DNA of 61,606 nucleotides, the filler included. It is 3 parts of 3 records of this genome, joined end to end, with 100 filler letters (N's around TTAATTAATTAA, not from the genome) between each part and the next. Parts side by side here need not be neighbours in the genome. Positions count along the whole stretch, not along the records: positions 51,366 to 61,606 come from SRR2962707_1055; 2 more parts are not named here. One strand, given 5' to 3'. The stretch's first letter is position 1, and every line of letters starts with the position of its first letter. A model generated the notes under the pieces. That model had not been told where the DNA came from and did not search any database. It was given only the letters and a program-made list of their open reading frames with translations. A program made the translations under genes and the position numbers. Positions 51,366 through 61,606 of this stretch are shown piece after piece.

Positions 51366-52358
51366 CTAAAAGTCCATATAAATTCACTTTTATCCGTCTT
51401 TGATCTGTTAAAATTGTCGTTGCACTTTTCAAAAGAAGAGACAGACATGCGTTGAGAGACGGGAGTTGAGTGAGTGAGAAGCAGAGAGCTGGACAGCGCG
51501 AGCTTTTTTTACCGGTATGAACGCGCTTGGTCGAGATACCATATCATACCACAGCGGCATAGCGCGATTGTTTTTGGTTTTTGGGCAACTTTTCTCAGCC
51601 CGCTTCCGCTGTACAAAATTACAAAATAATTACGAATTTATTTGGTTCTACAGCTTTGTTTTCTTTTCTATTTTTCTTTTGCAGATTGATCTTCGTTGTG
51701 TTGTTGTGGTGCCCAGAACAATTTTTGGTGCGGGCACACAAACAAATGGTTTTGTATGTTGTGTATGGTGTGTGTATGTACACTGAGCCACAAACACTGG
51801 TGGCTGTTTGAGCAAAGGCAGTTCACATTGGGGCAGCAGCTACTGCCGCTATTTCTTCAACTTTTGACGGAGAGAACGGCAAGAAGCGCTCGCGGCCTCA
51901 CTTACAGATGAGACTCTGCCAAAATGTTCCAAACAAAGCAGCATCGCTCTTTGGCTGAAAGCCGTGGGCCCAGGATATTTTTGATGCCCGCCAAACTGCA
52001 CATCTTTGCGAAAACGGGTGGTATGTATGCAATGTGTAGTGAATGGACCAAAATTGGTCTTATTATTTGCTGTCCGATGACGTATGCATGCTCAGGAAGA
52101 AATCGGCCTCATTCAAGACACCATAGCGGGTACCTTCATGCAGTGCCTTCCTGTCATGGCGTGTCGTGAGGCCCACAGGCGTCAGCACCCTAGTTTATGT
52201 CTTGTTTGTTGTTCGACGAGGCATGCAAGCACAGGGAAAGACATCCTATGCCAAGCCACCAGACGCGACGAATTTCGAACGACGCAAACCCGGTCAAGCA
52301 CGACCGTCGGAAAAAAGAGGCCTTGAGTTTAGCTTTTAAAAAATATCACAGCGACGGT

Positions 52359-55300
52359 TCAAGATGCCGAAACAAACTCCTGGTACTGCGCCCAGTGCTG
52401 CGGAAGCAATTCCAGTTGTCCAAGTAACAGTGCTGCTGATTTTGTGTCATTTGATTCTTCTTCTGCCAAAAAATAAAAAATAGCCGCCAGGAGCCGAGCA
52501 GAAGCCGGTCCAACGCTTTTTGCAGGAATATGGCGAAGGAACTGGCCCAAAGGCGACACCTCGACGGAGCTGGCGTGGTGAGCCGCAGCATTTTGACTGA
52601 AAACCAGCTTGTGGTCTCCGAGGTCTTTCATGCGGCTCAAAACACCGCGAACAATTTTTTGTAGCTGAAGTTTTGCTTCGCTATCATTTGGATATTGAAA
52701 GGCGTCGCAAAGAACCGCCATTGCTGCACAACAACGATATGCCAGGTCCCAGTCTTCCAAACGCCAGCATATCTCCGCAAGCGTCGTTACCAACGCGGGC
52801 TCTACCAGTAAAGTCTGGCTTGAGTTAGGCGTCTCAGTCTGCGCAAAATATTCCACGCTCCGTTCTGTCAATGTCACGATGTGGTTCAAAATCAACGACA
52901 TTTGCTGCATTTGGTTGCTAACGCCTGTCATTGTTGAAACACCGGCAGTTGTGGTTGACGAGAGCAGACTTCTGCCTGCAGTTTCCAAATGCAATTCATG
53001 GATCCCCTTCTTGACAACAGCGGCGCAGATTTGGCCAACTTGCGGAGAGTTGCGAAGCAAAACTGTCGATGTGACACCCTGGAGCAAGCACGTCAATCTT
53101 CTGTACATTCCCAACTTGAGCATTTGCTGCAGTAGCGCTGACCACAGCATTGTGTCGACAACTCCGAAGTCCAACATCATTCGCCCTATTAGTGGAAGCA
53201 TCGCCCCCTGGTGCCGATAATCACGCCAAAGACCTCGCACAAAACCCAGCGGGTTGGAGCGCATGCTAGACAGCCGATCGATGTTATAAGGAAGTCGAAG
53301 TTGGTCAAACACTCGCATGTACATGCATTGCTGCCAAAAAGTCATCACCTGCAATCAATACATGGCATAGATAGAAACGGTGAGTGTTGACCATATCAGC
53401 AAATCAAAGCCATTCAAGCACGCCTTCCAAACCGGATACATTTGAGTTCAAAAACAAACCTGGTCGAGGGACGACCCTAACGCTTTGGCCGCAAGTTCAA
53501 TAGTGCGAGGGTCGTCGGTGATGTGGAACAAGCTGTGAAGTGCAATGGCTGACGCTTCATACGACCCCTTTGCGCTCAAAGAACCGCTGTCTTTGAGATG
53601 CAGCGACACTTTTTGTGGATGTGCGCGGAACGCATACTCTATCAGAAATTCGGCTCGGCGTTGAGGTGTCCAAGTTGCCCCACCAAAAGGAGCCTGGATA
53701 ACAAAGGCAATTTTAGCCACGACTTCTAAATGACGCACGTGCTGCTGTTCCTCTGGAGTCGGCTCAAACAAACTTCCGGACAACGTGTGGTTGTGGCTAT
53801 GCGAATCACCAAACACACTGTCCATCGGAGTGGCTTCTCCACTCGCTTTGTTAGTGGGGCTGGAAGAGTAAGACAAGCGTGTCGTTCGTGAACCAGGCTT
53901 CGATGAAAGCACTTTGTTGAAATTGAACGGCGACGGGGAATCACCACTGCAATTTTGGTCTCGCGAATCGTCTGAAGACAGCGTCATTGTGGTGGCTGGG
54001 GAGTCTTCCACACACACGCCCTTGGCAGAAGCACTTTCCGATTTTTCTGCCTCAATCATAGACGGTGTGAAAGTGACAGTGGACTCTTCTGTTGTTTCAC
54101 CGTCGCCTTCATCAATTTCTTGCACATGCCGCATTTGGTTTCCCTGATGCGAACCCACTTTTTTAACCGACTTTTTTACTGGCGCTACTGGACCGTTTTT
54201 GAGCCAATGTTTTATGAGGTGCCTGCAACGAATCAAATTGTGAATCATATCAAATAAAAATATCACTTTAGCATTGGAACCATTGCTTCGTCTTTGTGAA
54301 GGGCTGTTTCGACGGTGACAACGAGTTGCATTCAATGAAAAATGACGAGCAAGTGTACGTACTGAATCAGGGGGCCAAGTCTCACTGTCGGACCGTAGCA
54401 GCTTGCTATTTCAAACACAATTCCGTGAACATCGACGCTTGTCATTAGTCCAACTGACTCGTGTGTCGCAGCGTATCCGTCAGTCGCCTCACGCTGCGTT
54501 GTTAATGTCGCCGGAGACATGTTGTGGTATACAAGACACAAAAGGCGCTGTGGATTGTCCAAATACGGCTCATACTCGGAGCAAATGGCAGTTTGGTCAA
54601 CGTGCTCACTGAGGATGTGAATGACTCGGGCATGACACAACCGGCCCTTCAACATTTTTGCCTTCTCAATGGCATCAAGTTGATCCGGCAGTCTCTTCTC
54701 CCGACTATGTTGCAACCACTCTGCTGTCATGTCAAGACCAACATGCAAAGCCTTTATTTTCAATCGCCCAGCTGGACTTTGGTCCGCAACCCATTCACAA
54801 CGGCTGACCGCAAATTTGGCTGGGTATTCCACATCACAGGCTGCAGGCGTTGCACTCCCAATCCGTCGCAGATCTGCCTCCACAGAACTCACAAGATCAT
54901 GAGACACCCCTGCATGTAGCCATTCACCCACTCGCTTTTTTTCGCTGAAACGTTTCGTCAAAATCACGTCAGCAAGTTGGGCCTGGGAAACTGCATCCCG
55001 CACAATTGGAGCCCAAATGAGGCTTTCATTGAGAATATCTATGGTGTCTGTCGAGGTTAGTCCAAGCAAAACATCCCGCGGGTTTTTGATGAGCGCATGG
55101 AAATCGATGTTCTCAAGTGCAGTGAGAGTCTTAGCACCTTCTGCTGACTTCGCTTTCTTGGCATTTGAGGTTGCTTGACGGCGACAGTCAAGAAGGGCGT
55201 CAAGAATGCGAATAGCATCCCAGCCCATGTGCTGGTAGTGACGATTCGGCTCGTCGGCTCCATCATTACCAGCAATTGTTGATCTCCACTCGCAGCCACA

Positions 55301-58300
55301 TCGCCGAACAAGTGCATGGACAGCTAATTCGGCCTCGCGCACGACGGTGAAGATATGCCTCAAGTGCGCATAATCCGTTCCAGAAATTTGCAAGGCAATC
55401 GTGTCACGCAGCTCTCTGATGCGTTGAAGGCGAAAGCTGAGTTTATCGACGCTCGGAAGCAGCGCGCCTGAAGCAACCGCAGCATATCCTGCAAAGTCTG
55501 CGAATCCTCCGTTTTTTCCATTCGCTACGGGTCGGGCTCTTAGTCCAGCTGGGTCAAATGAAGCATCCGATTGAAGCGCTTGAGAAATGTTGGTCGGAGG
55601 CGTCAAAAGCAGGTCGACAATTTTACCCACCAGCTCGTGTCGCATGGCTTCGCGTTGTCGAGAATTGGAGAGACGAAGCATATACTCAATGTATCGCAGA
55701 CAAACAAAATCACGACTGACACAGTAGGTATCCGTGAGCTTTAACACGGTTGTGAAATCAACATGTCCCCACAAACGACCGCCATCGCTGCCACCAATCA
55801 GTGAGTTACAAATGTAGGCTTTCGGATCCTTTGAAAAGTTGGCAGTGTCGATGGAAACGCGGGCACGAACATCAAGAAGTAACCACCAGTAGGCGCTGAC
55901 ACCGAGATCTTGGAACTGAGCTTTGCTGCTGGCACTGCTTTTTGAAAGAACAGCTTCGGCTGACGACGATGAGAGCGCAAATCCAAGCTCCGAAAGTTTA
56001 AAGAGCCGGTCGTAAGTGCGAATACTTGACTTGATGGCGTTCTTAATGAACTTTGATCGAAAAGCACGACGACTGCGCTCATCAAGCAGGGAGTTCACGT
56101 ACCCGTAGATAATTTGAATGTCAAGATGTGCGTTTCGAAGTATTTTCGGAAACAAGGACTCGCAAATGTCGTTGTGAGACTTCATGCGAGGTTCTGGAGT
56201 CAAAATAAACCCATTTTGCGAGAAAGAATACATGGCTGCCAAAATGTGCAAGGCCAGCTGTTCTGCTCCATTGTCAACAAGATACTCCACCAACGTGTGT
56301 GTAGCCGCTTTGAGGTTTCCTGCCACAGCTTCACTTGGTGCATTGGACAAGCACACAGCTCCGTTCCGCTGCGTAGAATTTACAGAAAGCGCCACAGCCG
56401 CCATTGCAAACTTGACTGCCTTTTGCAGTGCACGGCAAGTTTCCAAGACAGAATTACTGTCAACAAAGTGCATTTTGGACCAGGCATTGGGTGGAACATC
56501 AATACCACCGCCGTTAGCACCCCACAGTTTCCCAAAATCGCCGTGGGTGCTCTTTGCAAAGACTTGCGCAACAATATCAGTAACGCGGTGCAGTTGTAGC
56601 AGATCTGATAGTTCTTGCGGCGACGCTCCGACAAGTGCCTTCTCCAACAGCTGTCGCGCATACTCAGGCGAGAAGCTGTGGTTCGAAGATGACCCAATCG
56701 AATGAAGCTGGCTTTCATCAAATTCTGAAGTGTGAGTTGCCGTGTATCGACACATTGCTAGAGCTACTCGCTTCAGCGACATTGTCTCAGTTTCCGACAA
56801 GTGGCGCACGCTCGATGATCCGGTGGCTGATGATTGGTGGCCAGCATCGGATCCACTTTGAGACAACCCAAGTGCAGCCGTACGAAACGAGCAGGAGGAT
56901 GAAGCAGACGGTATGAAGCCATGCCGTGACGATCGAGCTGACGCAGCAGACTCAAAAATGTCCAACGAGTTTAGGCAAGTTGCAGTAGCTTCGGGAAAAT
57001 TTCCAGACTGAGCTACAAGCTCAGCAAGTGAGGCTTGAAGCTCGCTTCGGGTGACACCAAGAAGTTTGGCAAGCTGATGCGCTCTGGCAACAGTTGTCTT
57101 TTTTGACTGAACAGCGCGCATAATTTTCCCTGACATGGAAGCATCTTCCAAACTGCCCAAACTGCTGCCCGACCACTCGACCGCTTCCAAGTCACTTGGT
57201 GATGCAATGACTCGAAAATTCGTTGCAAGCGTCGCACAACGCTCAAAATGGCGGCGAAGAGAAGCAACATCGAGTGTCGACAACAGACTAGCCCATTCTG
57301 TGGTAACACCTTGATTCTGCGTGGCACGAGTATCGCTTTGTAACTGTGTCAAGGCAAGAAGCCCAACGCGGTAGCACAAATGCGCAGATTCGACAACGCT
57401 GTCGCCGAACGCATCGTTGGCAGGTTCTGCCAAAGAGCCATCTAGAACCGAGTGGACTTGCTGCTCCAAAGAAACGCCTGCATTTTCACGGATGCCGTTC
57501 ACCAGCTCCGAGCAGGTTGTCGCAACCTCTTCACAAATTTCTGCACGAAAATCACGACCATGCTCTCCTGCAGCTTTTAAAATCCGACCAGCCAGCTTCA
57601 CACGCAACGCAGCTGATGTTGATGGCTTGCCACTTTGATAACTACTGCTTCTGATGGCAGATGTTGGGGTTGTAGGTTCGCGGCTTTCGGTCGCGTGGTG
57701 CTCCAGATTTGTACTGGGCAGGGGCTGTGAGACGAGGCTGGTCAAGAAATCAACGTAAATGTCAAGTTTGTTGAAGTTGGGATACGCTCCCGCGAGCACC
57801 AGGGCATCGTGTAAAGCGGCACTGCCCATATCAATTTGCGAAGTAATGAAGCCAAGTAACTGCCGTGCATGGTTTGGTTTGGTCACACTAAATGTCCAAG
57901 ACGAACATCCACTCAGCACCCCATATTTGGCCAGAATCCCATAAATGTCCAGCAAGCGGCGTTGTTCCAGCAGCTGTTCACGTTGATGGACACTTCCCCA
58001 AGTGGAAGCGTCTTCAGCAAACCGGAAAATGCTGTCTGAGAAGTTTGCTGGTCGCAGGCTGGCTAAAAAGTTCAACGCCCTTTCAGCTTTGGTTGTCAAA
58101 TTCTCAACCTGTCGGATCGCGCGCATGCTTCGCGCCAATGACTGTTGGATGCTGGCACGTAGGTCAGTGATGGCTTCTGCGTCCTCATCGGCTTCAAGCT
58201 GATCAGCATCGCTGAAGCTACTGTTGGCATGTGGCTCACCAGAAGCGTTGGAGGCTTGTCCAGAAGCAGCCATTTGCAGCCTGTCAAGTTGCTCCTCGAG

Positions 58301-60904
58301 CTGTTCTTTGTGGCTTAATTGGTGATCGACGTAGGAACACAGCACGAGGTCAAGGGTGTTGACAATTCGATCCACCAAGACAGCGGATTCAGTGTGCGAA
58401 AGTTTCATCGAATGACGTTGAAGGTATGGCCGCACATGCTCGTCCACTTGCACAACCACGTCTGCCGCCACAGTTGCTCGCTTTAGCATTTCGAGCGCAA
58501 TGACCATCATGTTTTCTGGCGTCACAACAACGTCATAGATTGAGTCGATAGATAGAGCACGCGAAGCCGACAAATACACAACCTCACTGACAGCTTCTTG
58601 AAGTTGTTCAGCCGAGCAGATGGGATGGTCTTTGAGGCCAGCACGGCGGAGAGTGTCCAAGGATACGGTGGACTTGAACAGCTTAGTGATCTCAATTTTT
58701 TGAAGCACGAATGCAGGTGAATTTCCACTCAGAATGGTCCCGCCGAAGGTGCTCCAATACCGTGGGTCGAGGGTGGAGAGCAAAGTTTGAGCCATTTTGG
58801 ACGCACACAAGGAATTTTTGGCTTGCATCCTTGCGGCGGTAACAAAAATCCAGTCTCGGAGTTTATCAAGGCTCTCTCCATGTGTGGGCAGTACTTCACA
58901 CAGGAAAGACGCAAAATTCTGGGCCAAAAAACTTGAGCTTGCGGCGTCCCCCGAAAGAAAAACAGCGGCAGCATCAAATCGTTGAAGAACTTTCACCATG
59001 TCAGGTGAGTCGTGACATTCTCGGGTGTAGAACCGCCAAATGGCTTGTGCTTGACCCACCATGCGCTGGGACAGAAGACGGGCAATGATATCCACAACGC
59101 TTGCTTGGCGAAAGCTTTGCCATTTAAGTTTGTCGACGACTTTGTTCACGGCACCAGAGAAGCTGGACGCATCACTGGACATGGTGCGCTTGATTTCTTC
59201 TGCCGCAGCAGCCACACTGCCACAAAAAGTCTGTTCAAACACTCGCCAACGGTTTTTCAAGCGCAGGTACGTTTCACGAAACCGTCGCTTCTCAAGCTCT
59301 GAGTATTGTGAACTTGCTTGGTGTCCACCAAAGCGTTCTGCAGCTTTTGCATGGAGCGCGTGCACAACGTCCAAGTGGCCAACTGCAGCACAGTACAAGC
59401 TGTCAATGGCCGTCCAATCGTCCTCAATTCTGTTCGCCACGTCACACATCTGTTGGACAAACCCCATTCGCAACTGTGCAGCCTCAGCCGACGTATCGTT
59501 GTCAAGGTTGTTCACCTGCGAAATGAGCTTCTGCATGCTCACTTCCAGAAAACCAACAGGATTAATGGCAAACTTATCAGCCACGTTCATGGCCGCATCG
59601 AGTCCGCCCTCAATTTGCAACTGCTGCATTCGAATGCTGGGATCTGAATAACATTGAAATTCTAAGCAATCTGGACCATTCGCTGCTACCGTGAAGAATG
59701 CCGCTGGCATGGAAAACGACTTCAACAGCTGCGTATTGGGCGGCAGGGATGAGACACCAAATCCATGACGAATTTTTTTGCCGTCCAAAAAGAGAACGTC
59801 GACAGAAACCCCTGAAGAGCGACGTTTCTGAATTGCAATTCGTGGAAGCGCTGCCTGCCCATCCTCTCCGTTGCGACCAGTCTCCAGCAGAGCAAAATCC
59901 AGGATACTGTTGAACTCATCGAGTGTTTTCACCAATTGGCACGACGCAGCAGTCCACCAACTGAGGCGACCTTCAGTGCCGAGAAGCATAAACCACTTTC
60001 CATCTTTTGTCCACTCAATCTTTACAATGCCTGCATGAGCTGCTTGGCCAATGACTTTTGCAGTTGCCGCTTCATGATCAACAAGCTCCAATTTTTGCCC
60101 ATCAGATCCAACTTCTCGGCGCCAAAACTTGAGAACCTTGCCTGCGGGCTTCGAGGAACAAACTGCGATCCACAACGTATTTGGCTCGATGTATGAGGCG
60201 GCAATGCTGTGGTGTGGGCCCTGCATCGATGATTCAGCGGTGGACACAGCCATCTGTTTGCGGTATTCGGCTAGTTTGCTGAGATCTTTTGCTGCAAGGA
60301 ATCCCTGAATGGTCTTGAAGTCAACTTGATGGAAAAGAAACAGTTTTCCATCGCTGGAGAGAATGATGATGTCTTCGCGAGATTTGCGAGGCACAACCAC
60401 GATCGAAGAAAAAGAGCATGTTGGCGGCAATAATTTCTGAGAGAATAATATCTTCCCAGACGTAGTTGCAAACGTAAGAGTCCCAGAGTCGGTACCAAGC
60501 ACAACGCAGCTGCAGTTTGCGCAAAACGCTGCAGCAGCAATCGTTGACTTTAGTGTCACCACACTTGGCTTGGTTGCTTTGGCACTTTCAGCAGTGCTAC
60601 TGCAGTCGTCCTCAAACAGGGAGTTCTCCGACAATGAAGCTGTGCAAAAACTGGAGCTTGCGACGAAACCGAAAAAGTCGCGCTTTGAGTCGTGCTTTGT
60701 CGCATGCACAACATCTAAGTTTTGCAGCAGCTCGGCCGCTGGATCCCGCGCGTTATCGGAAGTGTTGGTGACGTTTTCCTTGTCCACAGTGTCGTCGCTA
60801 CTCCCAGCAGCAGCTGGACTTGCATGCCGCCGCAAAATTTTGGCAACATCACCCGCGAATCTCACTGGGCGTGTCGAGTAAGAGTTTTCGAAGTCCTGGC
60901 TCAT
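52359..60904 (-). CDS. KNTC1: Kinetochore-associated protein 1 / Rough deal-like; exons 60904-54363, 54222-53460, 53348-52359 (8295 nt, 2764 aa)
   Basis: N-terminal beta-propeller-like region, long helical body, C-terminal GFVRGLWRDY..MMLDFGVVDTMLWSALLQQML resembling the ROD C-terminus as I recall it; three ORFs join in frame through GT-AG introns. Confidence 0.75.
53349..53459 (-). other. Spliceosomal intron 2 (111 bp, phase 0)
   Basis: Donor CAG|GTTTGT, branch-like CTCAC, acceptor TTGCAG|GTG; gives SLDQ-VMTFW. Confidence 0.85.
54223..54362 (-). other. Spliceosomal intron 1 (140 bp, phase 2)
   Basis: Donor CA|GTACGT, acceptor TTGCAG|G; splicing gives PLIQ-HLIKHW in frame. Confidence 0.85.
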
Positions 60905-61280
60905 GTTGTTGAATCAAAAGCGTCGTTCGTTTCGGATGCGTGGAGCCAAGTCTGCAACCCCAGGCCAGTCCTCAGCAGCAGCAGCACCGAACTAGATAGA
61001 AGAGCCAGGAGGTCCAAGGGAAAGCGGGAGAGAGAGCCACAGAGTATGTCGATACGTTCGTCCGTGCGTGTAAGAGCGAGTGGGTTATATATTTCAAACC
61101 ACAACTTGCAAAAAAGGCGAACCCAACTCTAAAGGAAAACTCGCGCAACAACTGGTCGGCAACGGCTCACTCACTACGCGGCGCGACAGCCGAAGGCTCG
61201 ATGAACAAAGTGTAAGACTTTACACGCCAAGTCTGGCTCCCGCCCTGTCTCCCTGCCTAGCCTGCATGCTTATTCCCACC

Positions 61281-61606
61281 TTCTCTCTTCCTCTCCCTCG
61301 CTCGCGCACTCTCTCCCTCTCTCGCGCGTTGTGTTGTGTGTGAGCAAAGAGTGGAGTGAAGGGAGACTGCGAGGGAGTAAAGGGAGAGAGCATCATCGAG
61401 AGAGCAACGAGAGAGCATCGAGAGCATCGAGAGAGCACTGGCAGCATCGAGAGCATCGAGAGAGCGCGCACCGAGAGGAACATCGAGAGAGACAGAGAGC
61501 ATCGAGGGCACCGAGAGAGCACCGAGAGAGCATCAGAGAGAGAGAGAGCATTGAGAGGGGGAGAGAGAGTAGTGTGTGTGTTGTGGTTGTTGTTGTTGTT
61601 GTTGTT
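61281..61606. repeat. CT-rich tract, degenerate (AG)AGCATCGAG minisatellite, (GA)n, (GT)n and terminal (GTT)n
   Basis: Directly visible; the contig ends in a (GTT)n run. Confidence 0.9.

Noticed and set aside
61220-61522. Short repetitive ORFs
   Set aside because: Translations of simple repeats
51366-61606. Eukaryote-to-bacterium gene transfer or a giant bacterial protein
   Set aside because: Separated by a synthetic spacer; has spliceosomal introns and microsatellites

Overview
The window is three unrelated contigs joined by artificial 100-bp spacers (N runs around TTAATTAATTAA, at 21253-21352 and 51266-51365). (1) 1-21252 is an alphaproteobacterial, Rhizobiales-like housekeeping region: tlpA, argH, lysA, TIGR02302, hpt, ftsEX, plsC, chaC, tyrC, hisC, chorismate mutase, rpmB and a partial cobT. 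(2) 21353-51265 is a GC-rich gammaproteobacterial, Alcanivorax-like region: purH-fis-dusB-prmA, accCB-aroQ, dsbD, ppa, upp-uraA and nhaD, plus two accessory blocks. The first is an orphan cmoA (carboxy-SAM synthase) divergently paired with an atypical ICMT/PEMT-fold membrane transferase and bracketed by 100-bp direct repeats containing stop-codon-rich heptamer arrays; this is my best candidate for an undescribed system (carboxy-SAM-dependent modification of a membrane substrate). The second is a five-gene operon ('thermostable hemolysin', adenylation enzyme, heme-oxygenase-like diiron enzyme, SDR, exported protein) with a PmrA/QseB-type box and an adjacent two-component system. (3) 51366-61606 is eukaryotic: a three-exon, about 2764-aa ROD/KNTC1-like kinetochore gene with phase-consistent GT-AG introns and upstream simple repeats. 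All family and taxon calls come from motif recognition by eye; no searches were run.
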